A stretch of 30,986 nt of DNA, from positions 1-30,986 of IMG/VR virus record IMGVR_UViG_3300032373_000079; one strand, written 5' to 3'. Within the stretch, counting starts at the first letter, position 1. Each line of letters opens with the position of its first letter. A program made the position numbers and the translations under genes. Positions 9,842-19,346 of this stretch are shown one piece after another. The DNA is from a virus. Lineage: Duplodnaviria > Caudoviricetes. The notes beneath the pieces are model-generated. The model had not been told where the DNA came from, searched no databases, and saw only the letters and a program-made list of their open reading frames with translations.

Positions 9842-10156
9842 TTAAACCTTGTCCAAAATCAGTTTCACCACCGCACCGTCGCCAGTGGGTTGAACCCCCA
9901 CCACTGTGTAAGCGATGGCGGCAATGCTCACACCGTCATCCTGGCCGATGCCCACCACGTCGGACGCTTGGCAGGTGAACACCGGGGCCGTGCTTTCCAC
10001 ACCCCCGCCTACACCTTCCAACGCCACCACATGAGCGGCATCGAAAACACCACTGACCGAAATCGCAGCCGCGCCGTTAATCACAACGGACGCGGCAACT
10101 CCGAATTCATCTACATCAAAAAAAGCGGCGCGGTCAGTAGCACTTTCAACAGCCAT
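9842..10156 (-). CDS. Head-tail joining protein (gpFII-like)
   Basis: FFDVDEFG...GVFD...YTVVGVQPTGDG...LIL motif. Confidence 0.8.
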   Translation of the reverse strand: MAVESATDRAAFFDVDEFGVAASVVINGAAAISVSGVFDAAHVVALEGVGGGVESTAPVFTCQASDVVGIGQDDGVSIAAIAYTVVGVQPTGDGAVVKLILDKV

Positions 10157-10165
10157 GGGGTGGCC

Positions 10166-10597
10166 TTATTCTTTAGGCTCTTCGAGCGACGGGGCGGATG
10201 GCACGGTGGGCGCGTTTTCTGCGCCACCGTCCACATCACCATTACCGCCGTCAGAGACAGGTTCATCTTCAACGGGCTTACCAAGCCCCAGCGCATTCGC
10301 GATGCCACCTAGGACGCTGGGTGGTTTTGGTGCCTCTTCCGGGGTGGAATCGGCGGGGGCTTTCGCACCGGGGGCGTCAAATTCAGAAAGCAGTGCCTTA
10401 TTCACGTCGCCCTGAATTTCGATTTCTTCACCGTTCTTGAACATCACCGACGTCACAACGACATAGACGTTTTTGCCTTTGCCATCTTCCAGAGCATGAC
10501 GGCGGTCAGCGTGTTGTTGTTTGGTTAGGCGCAGAACTGTGCCGGTGTTCAACGTCACCCCACGGGGCGCGGTGACTACGCATTTTTTAAAAGCCAT
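10166..10597 (-). CDS. Hypothetical protein after the capsid gene, with a low-complexity C-terminus
   Basis: 143 aa, AAGGA RBS. Confidence 0.7.
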   Translation of the reverse strand: MAFKKCVVTAPRGVTLNTGTVLRLTKQQHADRRHALEDGKGKNVYVVVTSVMFKNGEEIEIQGDVNKALLSEFDAPGAKAPADSTPEEAPKPPSVLGGIANALGLGKPVEDEPVSDGGNGDVDGGAENAPTVPSAPSLEEPKE

Positions 10598-10634
10598 GAC
10601 TTTGCTTCCTTAAATCGTTCGTTTAAAAATTGAC

Positions 10635-10666
10635 AAAGAACGGGCGGCCCAATCATGGCCGCCCGT
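10635..10666 (-). terminator. Intrinsic terminator after the major capsid gene
   Basis: Perfect 10-bp stem ACGGGCGGCC/GGCCGCCCGT (10640-10666) followed by TCTTT on the minus strand. Confidence 0.8.
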
Positions 10667-10694
10667 CAATATGTTTTGCTAATTTTCAGACCAC

Positions 10695-11648
10695 TTAAAT
10701 CAAGATGACCTGCACCGCGTGCTGCCACATTCCGTAACCGGCATTACCGATGCGCTTGATGCCGTACACGTGTTCATCGTTGTCGAATTCGTGCTCGGAA
10801 CCTTCGGCTTTGGCGGCCACGCTCAAAGATTCTTCTTCTTGAAGAATGAAAGGCTTCACCTGACCATCAGCGCGGAAGATGGCAAAGCGGTCAGTCCAGG
10901 TATTCAACCGGGCATTCTGCACCACCCGGATATTCATACCAGACAACGTCGGAATGGTGTTCGTATCACCGCCATCGATGGTGGCGTTGGTCACCGCAGC
11001 CGCCGCCGTGGCGTACAACGAAGTCGGTACCATGACAATAAACTCAGACGCCATTTCGTTCATGGGTTCGCCTTGGTCATCAACCAAACCCTGCATGGCC
11101 TGGATGCCCAAAAGGATGGCCTTTGCCATTTCACCAACAGCCGGATCGGTCACCGTACCGTGAGACGCAAGCGGGATGGCCGAAATGTCCACGCTGATTT
11201 TATTGGACTGTGCGCCGCTGTCGCCTTCGCTGTGATCGGTATCGAAGAAATACTGACCGTCATAGCAAACGCCGGTGGCACCGTTCAAAATCAAGGTGCT
11301 GACCAACGAGCACTCATGGGTGACGGCACGGGTGGCCAACTCACCAACACGAACGTCGATTTGCCCGGTCTTATCACGACGGATATCGTCGACCGAAACC
11401 TTCAACGTCGCTTCGTACTTCTTGTTTTCGATGGTCAGGCCATTGTCGTTCAGACCCTTGGCATGACGTCCGCCAATCCATTCGCGCATGGCAGGGACTT
11501 GACCTAACCAATTGTATTGTTCGCTGCCTTGATCGGAATCGAAACGCATAGTCATCGATCCGATGTAAGACAATGCGGTTGCTTGTTCCAACCGCTGATA
11601 GAACGTGCCAATGATGGCACGGCTCGATAGAGAATGCAGTGCACCCAT
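10695..11648 (-). CDS. Major capsid protein, Mu gpT-like family
   Basis: YNWLGQVPAMREWIG, IENKKYEAT, CYDGQYFFDTDH, KPFILQ and AGYGMWQ signatures. Confidence 0.93.
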   Translation of the reverse strand: MGALHSLSSRAIIGTFYQRLEQATALSYIGSMTMRFDSDQGSEQYNWLGQVPAMREWIGGRHAKGLNDNGLTIENKKYEATLKVSVDDIRRDKTGQIDVRVGELATRAVTHECSLVSTLILNGATGVCYDGQYFFDTDHSEGDSGAQSNKISVDISAIPLASHGTVTDPAVGEMAKAILLGIQAMQGLVDDQGEPMNEMASEFIVMVPTSLYATAAAAVTNATIDGGDTNTIPTLSGMNIRVVQNARLNTWTDRFAIFRADGQVKPFILQEEESLSVAAKAEGSEHEFDNDEHVYGIKRIGNAGYGMWQHAVQVILI

Positions 11649-11670
11649 AACGGTGACTCCTTATCCTGAG

Positions 11671-12228
11671 TTAGCCAATCTGCTTTGCAATGGCGTTGAT
11701 TTTTGCGGCAAGCGATGCCACGGCGTTTTGGACTTCGGCCTGGACATACGTGGCCCCGATAACCGCGATGGTATCCGCAGCGGTGCCGCCGGAGTTATCG
11801 GTCAAAGCGGTGAACAGACCCAAGGCAGGGTTGCCCGTGTCAAATTCAACAATGCCGACGCCTAAAGACACCCAGCGCACCACTCGACCAATATGGCTGT
11901 TAGACGTGGCGGTCAGCGTGAAGGTGTTGTCGTCGCTGGCATAGACAGGCTTGCCAACATCGGTGATGGCCAGTGAGGTAACAGCCAACTGAACGCGACC
12001 GCTCGTTTGCACATGGACGTTGATGTCACTGGCACTGCCGGCGGAATTATCCGCCGAGCCATCCGCAAATCCACGGAAGGAATCGCCAGCAACCAACGGA
12101 CGGGCATAGCCCGAAGCGTTATCGCCAACCGCAGCGCCATCGTAAATGATATCCGCTGCAATAACCGGCAAATCCGAAAAGTTGCCGAGCTCAAAAGTGC
12201 GCGGGTTGCGCGCGGTTAAAGTCGCCAT
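11671..12228 (-). CDS. Capsid cement/decoration protein (DUF2190-like) with a C-terminal head-fibre-like extension
   Basis: DVGKPVYASDDNT...IG motif; tail ALTDNSGGT...SLAAKINAI; between protease and capsid genes. Confidence 0.75.
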   Translation of the reverse strand: MATLTARNPRTFELGNFSDLPVIAADIIYDGAAVGDNASGYARPLVAGDSFRGFADGSADNSAGSASDINVHVQTSGRVQLAVTSLAITDVGKPVYASDDNTFTLTATSNSHIGRVVRWVSLGVGIVEFDTGNPALGLFTALTDNSGGTAADTIAVIGATYVQAEVQNAVASLAAKINAIAKQIG

Positions 12229-12240
12229 GGTTCAGGCCCC

Positions 12241-13425
12241 TTATTTCGTGTTGAGGATTTTGACCTTGCCACCGGCAACGGCCTGTTCATACGCAAGATA
12301 CGCACCAAAATTGTCTTCGCCGTATTCTGCACGAAGGTTGGCATCCTTGGCCCATGCCGCTTCACAGCGGTCTTTCAGCGGTGCATCAGCGGCAACGCTC
12401 GCATCGCTGTCACCCGTAGCTGTAGCCGTGGTGGACACGGTTGCCGTGGCGGTTTCATCGCCCTTAGCGGCGGCGATGTAAGCCTCACCGGCGGATGCAT
12501 CGACGTCCACTTTTGGAGTCGTTTTCAACATGGCGGTAGCGGCCTCGACATCCATGTCGGTGTCGAACGCGATATGCCGAGCCTGGACTTCGCGGCCCTG
12601 GGCTTCGTCATGGTCCAAGATGGACTTGATACGATCCGTGGCGGCGGCGGCACCAGTGGCGCTACCTTCGGCACGGAAGTGGTCCGCAATTGCGGTATGG
12701 TCGGTGGAAATCATTTCCGCCGTAATGTCCGGCAACTTATTGTCCGCGCCGGTGTCGGTTTTATCGAGTGTAGCCATATCAGGCCCCTTTCGATCTAGGT
12801 TATGCGCCGACATGGCGCTTGGAATTTGCGCGCGGATGTGATCCGGCGCATGGGTGAATTTGTTAAGCATGTCGAAGTTGGCGGCCATCGCGACCGGGGC
12901 ATCGACGGTATCGGCAAAACCTTTGGCCTGCGCCTCATCCGCCGTAAGCCACGTTTCAGCCGCCATCAGCGCGGAAATTTCATCGTCGGGAAGTCCGGTT
13001 TTATTACGGTATGCCGCAATCAATCCGGACTTCATTTTTTCCAAAGCATCGGCCATTTTCGCCATATCTTCGGCGGTTCCCCAGACCAACCCGGACGGGT
13101 CATGGATCATCATCAGCGCATTTTCAGGCATGATGATTTCATCACCAGCCATGGCAATAACGGACCCCATCGAAGCCGCAAGGCCATCGACTGTGACAAT
13201 CACATTGGCCGGGTGACGCCGCAGGGCGTTATAAATGGCGTTACCATCAAACACAGACCCACCGGGCGTGTTCAGACGCACATTCAAGGTTGTCACATCA
13301 CCCAACCCGTTCAGGTCATCTAAAAATTGCTTTGCGGTGATACCCCAAATGCCAATTTCATCATAAATAACGATCTCGCCAACACCGCCTGCCAAGGCCG
13401 TGATTTTGTACCAAGACGTGGTCAT
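12241..13425 (-). CDS. ClpP-family prohead protease with C-terminal scaffold region
   Basis: NTPGGSVFDG, GLAASMGS (catalytic Ser), MMIHDP (His), ETWLTADEA. Confidence 0.93.
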   Translation of the reverse strand: MTTSWYKITALAGGVGEIVIYDEIGIWGITAKQFLDDLNGLGDVTTLNVRLNTPGGSVFDGNAIYNALRRHPANVIVTVDGLAASMGSVIAMAGDEIIMPENALMMIHDPSGLVWGTAEDMAKMADALEKMKSGLIAAYRNKTGLPDDEISALMAAETWLTADEAQAKGFADTVDAPVAMAANFDMLNKFTHAPDHIRAQIPSAMSAHNLDRKGPDMATLDKTDTGADNKLPDITAEMISTDHTAIADHFRAEGSATGAAAATDRIKSILDHDEAQGREVQARHIAFDTDMDVEAATAMLKTTPKVDVDASAGEAYIAAAKGDETATATVSTTATATGDSDASVAADAPLKDRCEAAWAKDANLRAEYGEDNFGAYLAYEQAVAGGKVKILNTK

Positions 13426-15050
13426 GCGGTGTTCTCCGTTTCATTTTCGGGCTTGTCTTGCGTTGCCGGATCCACAGCCTCAACCACCGCCGGAACTGTC
13501 GGGGCTTTTGCGGCAGGCGTCAGTCCACCGGCGCGACGCTTTGCCTCTTCACGGACGCGCTGACGATGGTTCTTTTCCCAATCGCCGCCGGTCAGTTCAG
13601 CTGTAATCTGCGTTCCCGTCTGCCAACCGCGGTCCTCGGCAATGGCGTAAGCATCGGCCTCTTGTTTCGGACTCAACGTCGGCAACCCGTCGCCATACCA
13701 TTCCGAGCCCAGATAAGCCGCGCGACGACCGGCATCGGAAAAGAAACCGGGCGCAGCCAGACGACCCGTGGCCACGGCCTCGGCGATTACCCATTCGTAC
13801 ACCGGCTGGCACAATTTGCGCGAAAGCCAACGGCGCTCACGTTTGTAATATTTCCACGCTTCCAACATTGCCGCCCGCGCGGCGGAATAACTGGCGGTGA
13901 AATGCTTGATCAAAATCTCGAACGGCAATTCCAACGCCACGCCAATCTGGCGGCAGATGGCCTGAACAAAGGGGTCGAACTTATCGTTCGGGCGGCCAGG
14001 GTTGGCGGTGCTGATGTCCTCATCCTTCGCCAAGTCCAACACCGCACCCGGACCCATCTTCAAATCCGTATCGCTGGCATTGCTTGCGGTAGCACCCATC
14101 GCCCCCGCAATATCGGTGTCGTCAACGCCGTCGCCATTTTCTGTTTTTACAAACACGGTGAAAAAACTCGACACAACAGCGGCCTGCAATTCACTTTCGG
14201 TGTAATCGCCAAGCTGACGAAATGCGTCAATCACCGGCGCAAAATCTGGAATGCCGCGCGTCTGCCCGGGGCGTAACTTGCGATGCAAATGCAACACAAT
14301 GGGCCGCCCCGTCTTGGGGCCGAACGCCGGAATGGTCGTCCATTTCTGTCCCTTCGCCGGACGCTTCCAATCGCCGGGATGTTGCCCAGCGAAGGTGTAG
14401 GCGACCGGGTCGCCATCGGGACCAAAGCTGACACCCGCCGTCAGACTGGTGGTGTCGCGGACATAGCCGGGATTGCTCAACCGGTCGCCCTCGACCAATT
14501 GCAGCTTTAAACCGTAAGGACTGCCGGGCCGATCGATAAACCGTTTCAACGCACAAATGTCGCCCGCTTCCAGTCGGGAGCGGAAAACAACATCCTGAAT
14601 TTCATAAAATGTCAGGCTGCGCCCGGCATCGCATTCATGGCTATCGGCCCACATCCGCCACACACGTTCGGCATCGCGTTCCCACGTGTCGGCCTCATCC
14701 TCGGACATGCCTAAGGCCTCAGCATCAATCTGGGCGCGTAGCTTCAAGCCCGTGCCGACGATGCTGGTGACTTTGGTGTTGATGGCACCCGCCGCCAATG
14801 GATTGTTGCGCACCAGGTCGCGGGACCGTTCGCGCAGGTCATCCAAATCCGGCAACACCACGCCATCGGGCGAGGTGGCCGTGGTCAGCTTGCGAGAATC
14901 TTTAGCACGCCGCTTACGCCCGCCATCATAACCACCCGACAACGCCAAAAACTGCGACCGATAAAAAAGATGGCGGCCCGCAAAACGCGGCGCAACATGA
15001 TGCAGCGCCCGTTCCAAAACGTTCGGTTTGGCCAGTTTACGTTTAGCCAT
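13422..15050 (-). CDS. Portal protein, lambda gpB family
   Basis: RERSRDLVRNN, RPGQTRG, SYSAARAAMLE motifs. Confidence 0.95.
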   Translation of the reverse strand: MAKRKLAKPNVLERALHHVAPRFAGRHLFYRSQFLALSGGYDGGRKRRAKDSRKLTTATSPDGVVLPDLDDLRERSRDLVRNNPLAAGAINTKVTSIVGTGLKLRAQIDAEALGMSEDEADTWERDAERVWRMWADSHECDAGRSLTFYEIQDVVFRSRLEAGDICALKRFIDRPGSPYGLKLQLVEGDRLSNPGYVRDTTSLTAGVSFGPDGDPVAYTFAGQHPGDWKRPAKGQKWTTIPAFGPKTGRPIVLHLHRKLRPGQTRGIPDFAPVIDAFRQLGDYTESELQAAVVSSFFTVFVKTENGDGVDDTDIAGAMGATASNASDTDLKMGPGAVLDLAKDEDISTANPGRPNDKFDPFVQAICRQIGVALELPFEILIKHFTASYSAARAAMLEAWKYYKRERRWLSRKLCQPVYEWVIAEAVATGRLAAPGFFSDAGRRAAYLGSEWYGDGLPTLSPKQEADAYAIAEDRGWQTGTQITAELTGGDWEKNHRQRVREEAKRRAGGLTPAAKAPTVPAVVEAVDPATQDKPENETENTA

Positions 15051-15274
15051 CAGCCACGCACTCCGCGCCGCATCCGAATACCACCGGAACGACCGCCGGA
15101 CAGACGCTTGACGCGCAAATTCCAGGCCGTGATGCCATCTTGAATTTCTTTCAGATTGGCGCGGGTCAAGCTGCGGTCACCCATAGAGTAGCTTTGATTG
15201 GATAGAACTGCGGTTTCGGCATCCATATATGCCGCCAACATCGCCTCAGCCTGCGCCAATGTAATTCCAGCCAT
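15050..15274 (-). CDS. Head completion protein (gpW-like)
   Basis: 74 aa between terminase and portal; QSYSMGDRSLTRANLKEI. Confidence 0.85.
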   Translation of the reverse strand: MAGITLAQAEAMLAAYMDAETAVLSNQSYSMGDRSLTRANLKEIQDGITAWNLRVKRLSGGRSGGIRMRRGVRG

Positions 15275-15278
15275 ATCA

Positions 15279-17369
15279 CTAAATACCCTTGCTTCTCACC
15301 CGCCGTTTTCGCGCCACAGGCACCGCCGCAACCGGCGAAGTGTCGCCCTTGGCAAACACCACCGAATTTTCATCCCACGGCTTGGCCCAACCGGGCACAG
15401 CGGCGGGGTTATCCCAATTGATGCGATCGGCTTTCATTGTCAAAGCCATGACCCGCGTGCCAACGGCTTGATCAAGTGCCTCGTTACGCGCTTTTTGCTT
15501 CACCCACTTGCCATCGGGGCTACGCGTTTCCGACGTCAATTCTTCAAAATACAAATGTGGGCCGTCGTCATCTTCGGCCTTTAGAAACTCGCTCAGATGC
15601 ATGTATCCAGGCCCCGGCGTGATGTTGCGGAGGGCCGCGTCTATTTCGTCTTTCAACAAGTTAGCGTTAAACAACCGCACCGGAATGTCGCCCCGCGCTT
15701 CGGCTTTGCGGTCCTTTCGTTGGCTGTCCGGAAACGTCTTGCGCACCCGCGCAGCGTTGGCCGTTGACGCGCCCTTGGTCAAAATCAATCGGCTCGATTT
15801 TCCCTTCCGTTTCATGCGGCGGAAAAATTCATATGATCGCGTGGTCACCCCGGCGCTACCGCCGGAATCCACACCCATGCGCAACACTGGCATTTCTCGA
15901 CCACTGCCATCCGACAGCGGATAAGTTTTTTCCATCACCTGTTTGACCAACAGGTCCCAATCTTCCAACTTCACGGCGGGCTCGACGGCGCGGGTTTCAT
16001 CCGCAGATTTAAAAATCGAAAACCTATCTATGACCCAACATTCCATGCCAGGACCAAACGCAACAATCTTGGGCTCAAACGATTTGTCTTGTACATCCAC
16101 CCAAGCGACTATATACCGCGCGCCCGCAGGCACCTGTTTCAACGGGTATGGTTCAACCCGGTCCAACAATTCCTCGACTTCAATCCGTTTTTCTTGGCCA
16201 GCCGCCTTGACGGACCATGGCCAGCCCCACTGCTTAACCATCACCTCTTTCAGTGACGTTGTGTCGCCGGTTATTTGTTCCTTGCGCTGCGCCTTTACTC
16301 GCGCGCGAACAAGTCCGCCAAGGCCGCCACGCACGAACGGCGACATCGTGCCCGTGATCCAATATCCCAACGTTTTGGAATCGATCATCGTGCCGACACG
16401 CTTACCGACCTTCGTGATGTGCTGGCCTTTATGAACCCACAAGCCAGATTGATTCATTTCCCAGCGGTGTTGATCGTGAATGTCGCACGATCCGCAATGC
16501 GGGCAAATCATGTGTGCGCTTTCCGCGACTTCATCCAAGTCCGAACTATCCGACCAGCCCACTCGCATGTAGTGTTCCGCGCCGGGTGTGGGCGACGAAA
16601 ATCCATTGCAATCCGGGCAGGGCCAATACCACCGCCCTTGTGTGCTGTCCGCGTAAACCAACATCACGCCCGCCGTCCACCCCTTTTCCGCCCGGTCCGT
16701 CGCGCGGTCCGGGTGACTTGGAATGAACAGCATTGAATTCATGCCGAACGTCTGCCGGCGCACATCCAAAAGTTCCTTCGGATCGCCAAGGCTTTCTGGA
16801 TAAGCGTCGATTTCATCGGCGATGATAATGGGTGCCGACTTGTTGATCAGGTTATTCTTATTCGCCGCCAGAAATTCCATACGCATCCGTTTGAAGCGTT
16901 TGAAATGTAGGCTATCGTCGACCGGGCGTAAGCCCAGATGTTCATTTAGACACGGGTGCGATTCGATCATAGGATCGATGCGGTCCTTGACGTAAGCCTC
17001 AACCGCAGCATCCGTTTGCATATACCAAAGCCACTTAGACGGATGATTCGGTACCGCGTGCAACAACCCGTTTTCAGGTATCGTCGTTTTTCCGCTTTGA
17101 CCCGGCCCCACGACCGCCATGCAATCGTGGGATTTAGATGTGAAATTCTCCTGTGGTTCGACAAGGTATGGCGCTACATCCGGCGAATACCGCCCGACAT
17201 AACCGCCACCAGTGTTATTAAAATATCTATGGCGGCGCGCCCATTCTTCAACCGTTACCGGATCCGGCGGTAACAATCCATCCAAGACGTCCGCTATGAC
17301 ACGAGCGGAATCGGCAAACTGTCCGTAGCTTTGGTTACCCTCCACCTCCAACAGCCTCATCCTTTTCAT
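15279..17369 (-). CDS. terL: Terminase large subunit, lambda gpA family
   Basis: Walker A GPGQSGKT, Walker B IIIADEID, CPDC/CPHC zinc motifs, VDVQ nuclease motif, RNEALD; exact start uncertain. Confidence 0.95.
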   Translation of the reverse strand: MKRMRLLEVEGNQSYGQFADSARVIADVLDGLLPPDPVTVEEWARRHRYFNNTGGGYVGRYSPDVAPYLVEPQENFTSKSHDCMAVVGPGQSGKTTIPENGLLHAVPNHPSKWLWYMQTDAAVEAYVKDRIDPMIESHPCLNEHLGLRPVDDSLHFKRFKRMRMEFLAANKNNLINKSAPIIIADEIDAYPESLGDPKELLDVRRQTFGMNSMLFIPSHPDRATDRAEKGWTAGVMLVYADSTQGRWYWPCPDCNGFSSPTPGAEHYMRVGWSDSSDLDEVAESAHMICPHCGSCDIHDQHRWEMNQSGLWVHKGQHITKVGKRVGTMIDSKTLGYWITGTMSPFVRGGLGGLVRARVKAQRKEQITGDTTSLKEVMVKQWGWPWSVKAAGQEKRIEVEELLDRVEPYPLKQVPAGARYIVAWVDVQDKSFEPKIVAFGPGMECWVIDRFSIFKSADETRAVEPAVKLEDWDLLVKQVMEKTYPLSDGSGREMPVLRMGVDSGGSAGVTTRSYEFFRRMKRKGKSSRLILTKGASTANAARVRKTFPDSQRKDRKAEARGDIPVRLFNANLLKDEIDAALRNITPGPGYMHLSEFLKAEDDDGPHLYFEELTSETRSPDGKWVKQKARNEALDQAVGTRVMALTMKADRINWDNPAAVPGWAKPWDENSVVFAKGDTSPVAAVPVARKRRVRSKGI

Positions 17370-17907
17370 CCGAGGCCGCGTAACCCAGATCAGCTTTCAT
17401 CTTACTGACCTGGCGGCGCAGTTCGTCAGCAATTTCATCACCCATCGCGTCGACCACTTCCGAAGGCAAATTAAATCGCCGCCCCATACGGCCAGGAATG
17501 CCCTGCATAAATTGACCAAGTGCCGCCATCACCGGCGCGAGTTTTTGGTGCATCGTCGCTGTGTCAACCAACATCCCAGCATCGCGCCGTAAGGCACGCC
17601 GTTCGCGCTCAGCACGAACAAGGGCCAGTTCCTGGTTGGGGGTGATCTTGTTTTGCCCATCCCCGTCAGGCGCGTCGACTTGTAAATCTCTAAGTAGATC
17701 AAACCGTTCAGTTAGCGCTGCTTCTTCTTCGGTGCGCTTGGCTTCGACATAAGCCTTGACGTCCTCAACGATAAACACCCATTCGCGACCGTTGGTGCCC
17801 CGTTGCTGAACGGGAAAATCATCGTATCTGTCAATGAGCCGATCCAGCGTAGGCAATGAACAGTCTAAAATCCGGGCCAACTCTTTCTTGTTGGCGGGGG
17901 TTTTCAT
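17335..17907 (-). CDS. terS: Terminase small subunit (Nu1-like winged HTH)
   Basis: NKKELARILDCSLPTLDR HTH followed by a coiled coil; directly upstream of terL. Confidence 0.9.
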   Translation of the reverse strand: MKTPANKKELARILDCSLPTLDRLIDRYDDFPVQQRGTNGREWVFIVEDVKAYVEAKRTEEEAALTERFDLLRDLQVDAPDGDGQNKITPNQELALVRAERERRALRRDAGMLVDTATMHQKLAPVMAALGQFMQGIPGRMGRRFNLPSEVVDAMGDEIADELRRQVSKMKADLGYAASDEKDEAVGGGG

Positions 17908-17909
17908 GC

Positions 17910-18017
17910 CAATGACCTCAACAATAACAACAACCTAACGCAATTATTTTCACGCCGCGCGACACGAATTCCGGGGTTGCGCGTTTCCCCCGGGTGGTGA
18001 CCCTCTGGGGAGGACCC
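17910..18017 (-). other. Putative cos packaging site (cosQ, cosN, cosB)
   Basis: Exact lambda cosQ heptamer GGGTCCT at 18017-18011, followed by a GC-rich dyad CCGGGGGAAACGCGCAACCCCGG and GTT repeats before terS. Confidence 0.7.
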
Positions 18018-18022
18018 ACTGT

Positions 18023-18640
18023 TTATCTAGCTGTAGCCAATGCCCTAGCCAGCCGCTTGCTAAAGTGATGGCGGAACGCCCGCCGTGCCGTGCTGGTCGC
18101 GACATCATAAAAATTGAATTGCTTTTTGACAGGCACACTACCCACCAAGGTGTAGAGCAACTTCACTTGCCCGCGCTTACCGCGAGGCTTGGCGAAGATG
18201 ACGGGCTTACCGCCGCGCGTCTTACCCTTAAATGCCTTGCCGCTTGCAATCACAGCACGCGGACGCTTGGCCTTGCTGACCTTGCCCGATGCGGTGCGCT
18301 TGACGTTACTGGATGGCACCGCGACGTGCCGACCCTTGGCCCGCTTGGTGCCGCCTTTTGCATGTAGGGCTAAGTTCCCCCGACCCAACCGGTCATAGAG
18401 CCTTGCCCATTGTTTACGCTTGGTCGCTTTCACCACACGAAAGGCTTGGCTGGCAAAGCGCCTGTTCTTCACATCGAACGCCCGGGAATATGTCCGCTCG
18501 ACAATGCGTTTGCGCACATCGAACACTGTATCGTTCAGCGCCTGTGCGGTCGCGAACGGCACCTGTTTTTTCTGTATGCTGTTCAAATGGCGGGTGAAGT
18601 CTTTGATGTTAGACCGAACCGTCATCCCCATCATTGCCAT
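18023..18640 (-). CDS. Basic phage protein (gpZ-like neck/tail completion family)
   Basis: KQVPFATAQALNDT motif, Lys/Arg-rich, ends RALATAR; first gene of the late operon; start uncertain (18625-18640). Confidence 0.7.
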   Translation of the reverse strand: MAMMGMTVRSNIKDFTRHLNSIQKKQVPFATAQALNDTVFDVRKRIVERTYSRAFDVKNRRFASQAFRVVKATKRKQWARLYDRLGRGNLALHAKGGTKRAKGRHVAVPSSNVKRTASGKVSKAKRPRAVIASGKAFKGKTRGGKPVIFAKPRGKRGQVKLLYTLVGSVPVKKQFNFYDVATSTARRAFRHHFSKRLARALATAR

Positions 18641-18650
18641 CACCCCACAC

Positions 18651-18680
18651 AAAAACCCCGACCAATGCTGGGCGGGGTTT
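18651..18680 (-). terminator. tR'-like intrinsic terminator in the late leader
   Basis: AAACCCCG-CCCAGCATTGGT-CGGGGTTTTT hairpin with U-tract on the minus strand; could also act on the plus strand. Confidence 0.8.
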
Positions 18681-18704
18681 GTGTTTCTTTTTTACCGTGC
18701 AGTC

Positions 18705-18733
18705 AGTCTGTCAAACGATTTTCGCATTGTCAA
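18705..18733 (-). promoter_or_regulatory. Putative late promoter (pR'-like)
   Basis: TTGACA (18733-18728), 17 bp, CAGACT (18710-18705); a second TTGACA overlaps the -10. Confidence 0.6.
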
Positions 18734-18764
18734 ATAGGTTCGGACGGTTCGCCACTTTCACCCT

Positions 18765-19328
18765 TTAATCCCAAGGCCTTAGCGCCACATCAGGCCCCGT
18801 CACAACATGCCCGCGCAGCCCCGTTTTTTGCAGCCCTTGGGCGACGTCCACGAGTCCCCGCCGCCAGACAACGTATTCCGCGCGTGCGTTGGCAATCTCT
18901 TGCCATGACGGCACCACATGAACGACAGGGCCAATGGGGTGGCGGTTCTTGTCATAGCGCATCTTAGGATTACCCTTGCCGTTCAACACGATGGTTTCAC
19001 ACGGCACAACCCCCACCATGGCATCAGGCCGCCCCCGCGTGCGGGCGTAATACACAATCAACATTCGCGCCCCAGCATCCAACCCCGTCACCACATCATG
19101 AGCCGCGTCGGCATCGGGGTGCAGGTGTCCACCCGCGCCAAAGGTAGGCGATGCATCAACCGCACAGCCCAGCGCCGCCATCTGCGCCACACGTCCAAAC
19201 GCCGAACCATACCCTTGCGGCCCGCCGTCCATGATGCCACCCCCAGCAACCCGGTCGGCGCATTGGTCCGCGTATACCCAGCGCAAAAAAGCCTCAATAT
19301 CAATCACCTGTTTTGCCACCTGAACCAC
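18765..19328 (-). CDS. Putative late-gene regulator (antiterminator/activator in the lambda Q position)
   Basis: Last early gene, directly upstream of the promoter-terminator leader; HPDA motif; function inferred from position only. Confidence 0.55.
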   Translation of the reverse strand: MVQVAKQVIDIEAFLRWVYADQCADRVAGGGIMDGGPQGYGSAFGRVAQMAALGCAVDASPTFGAGGHLHPDADAAHDVVTGLDAGARMLIVYYARTRGRPDAMVGVVPCETIVLNGKGNPKMRYDKNRHPIGPVVHVVPSWQEIANARAEYVVWRRGLVDVAQGLQKTGLRGHVVTGPDVALRPWD

Positions 19329-19346
19329 CTCTTTTTGAAAGCTTAT

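Noticed and set aside
10610-10626. TTAA pair as a CtrA box
   Set aside because: Spacing is N9, not the N7 of TTAA-N7-TTAA.
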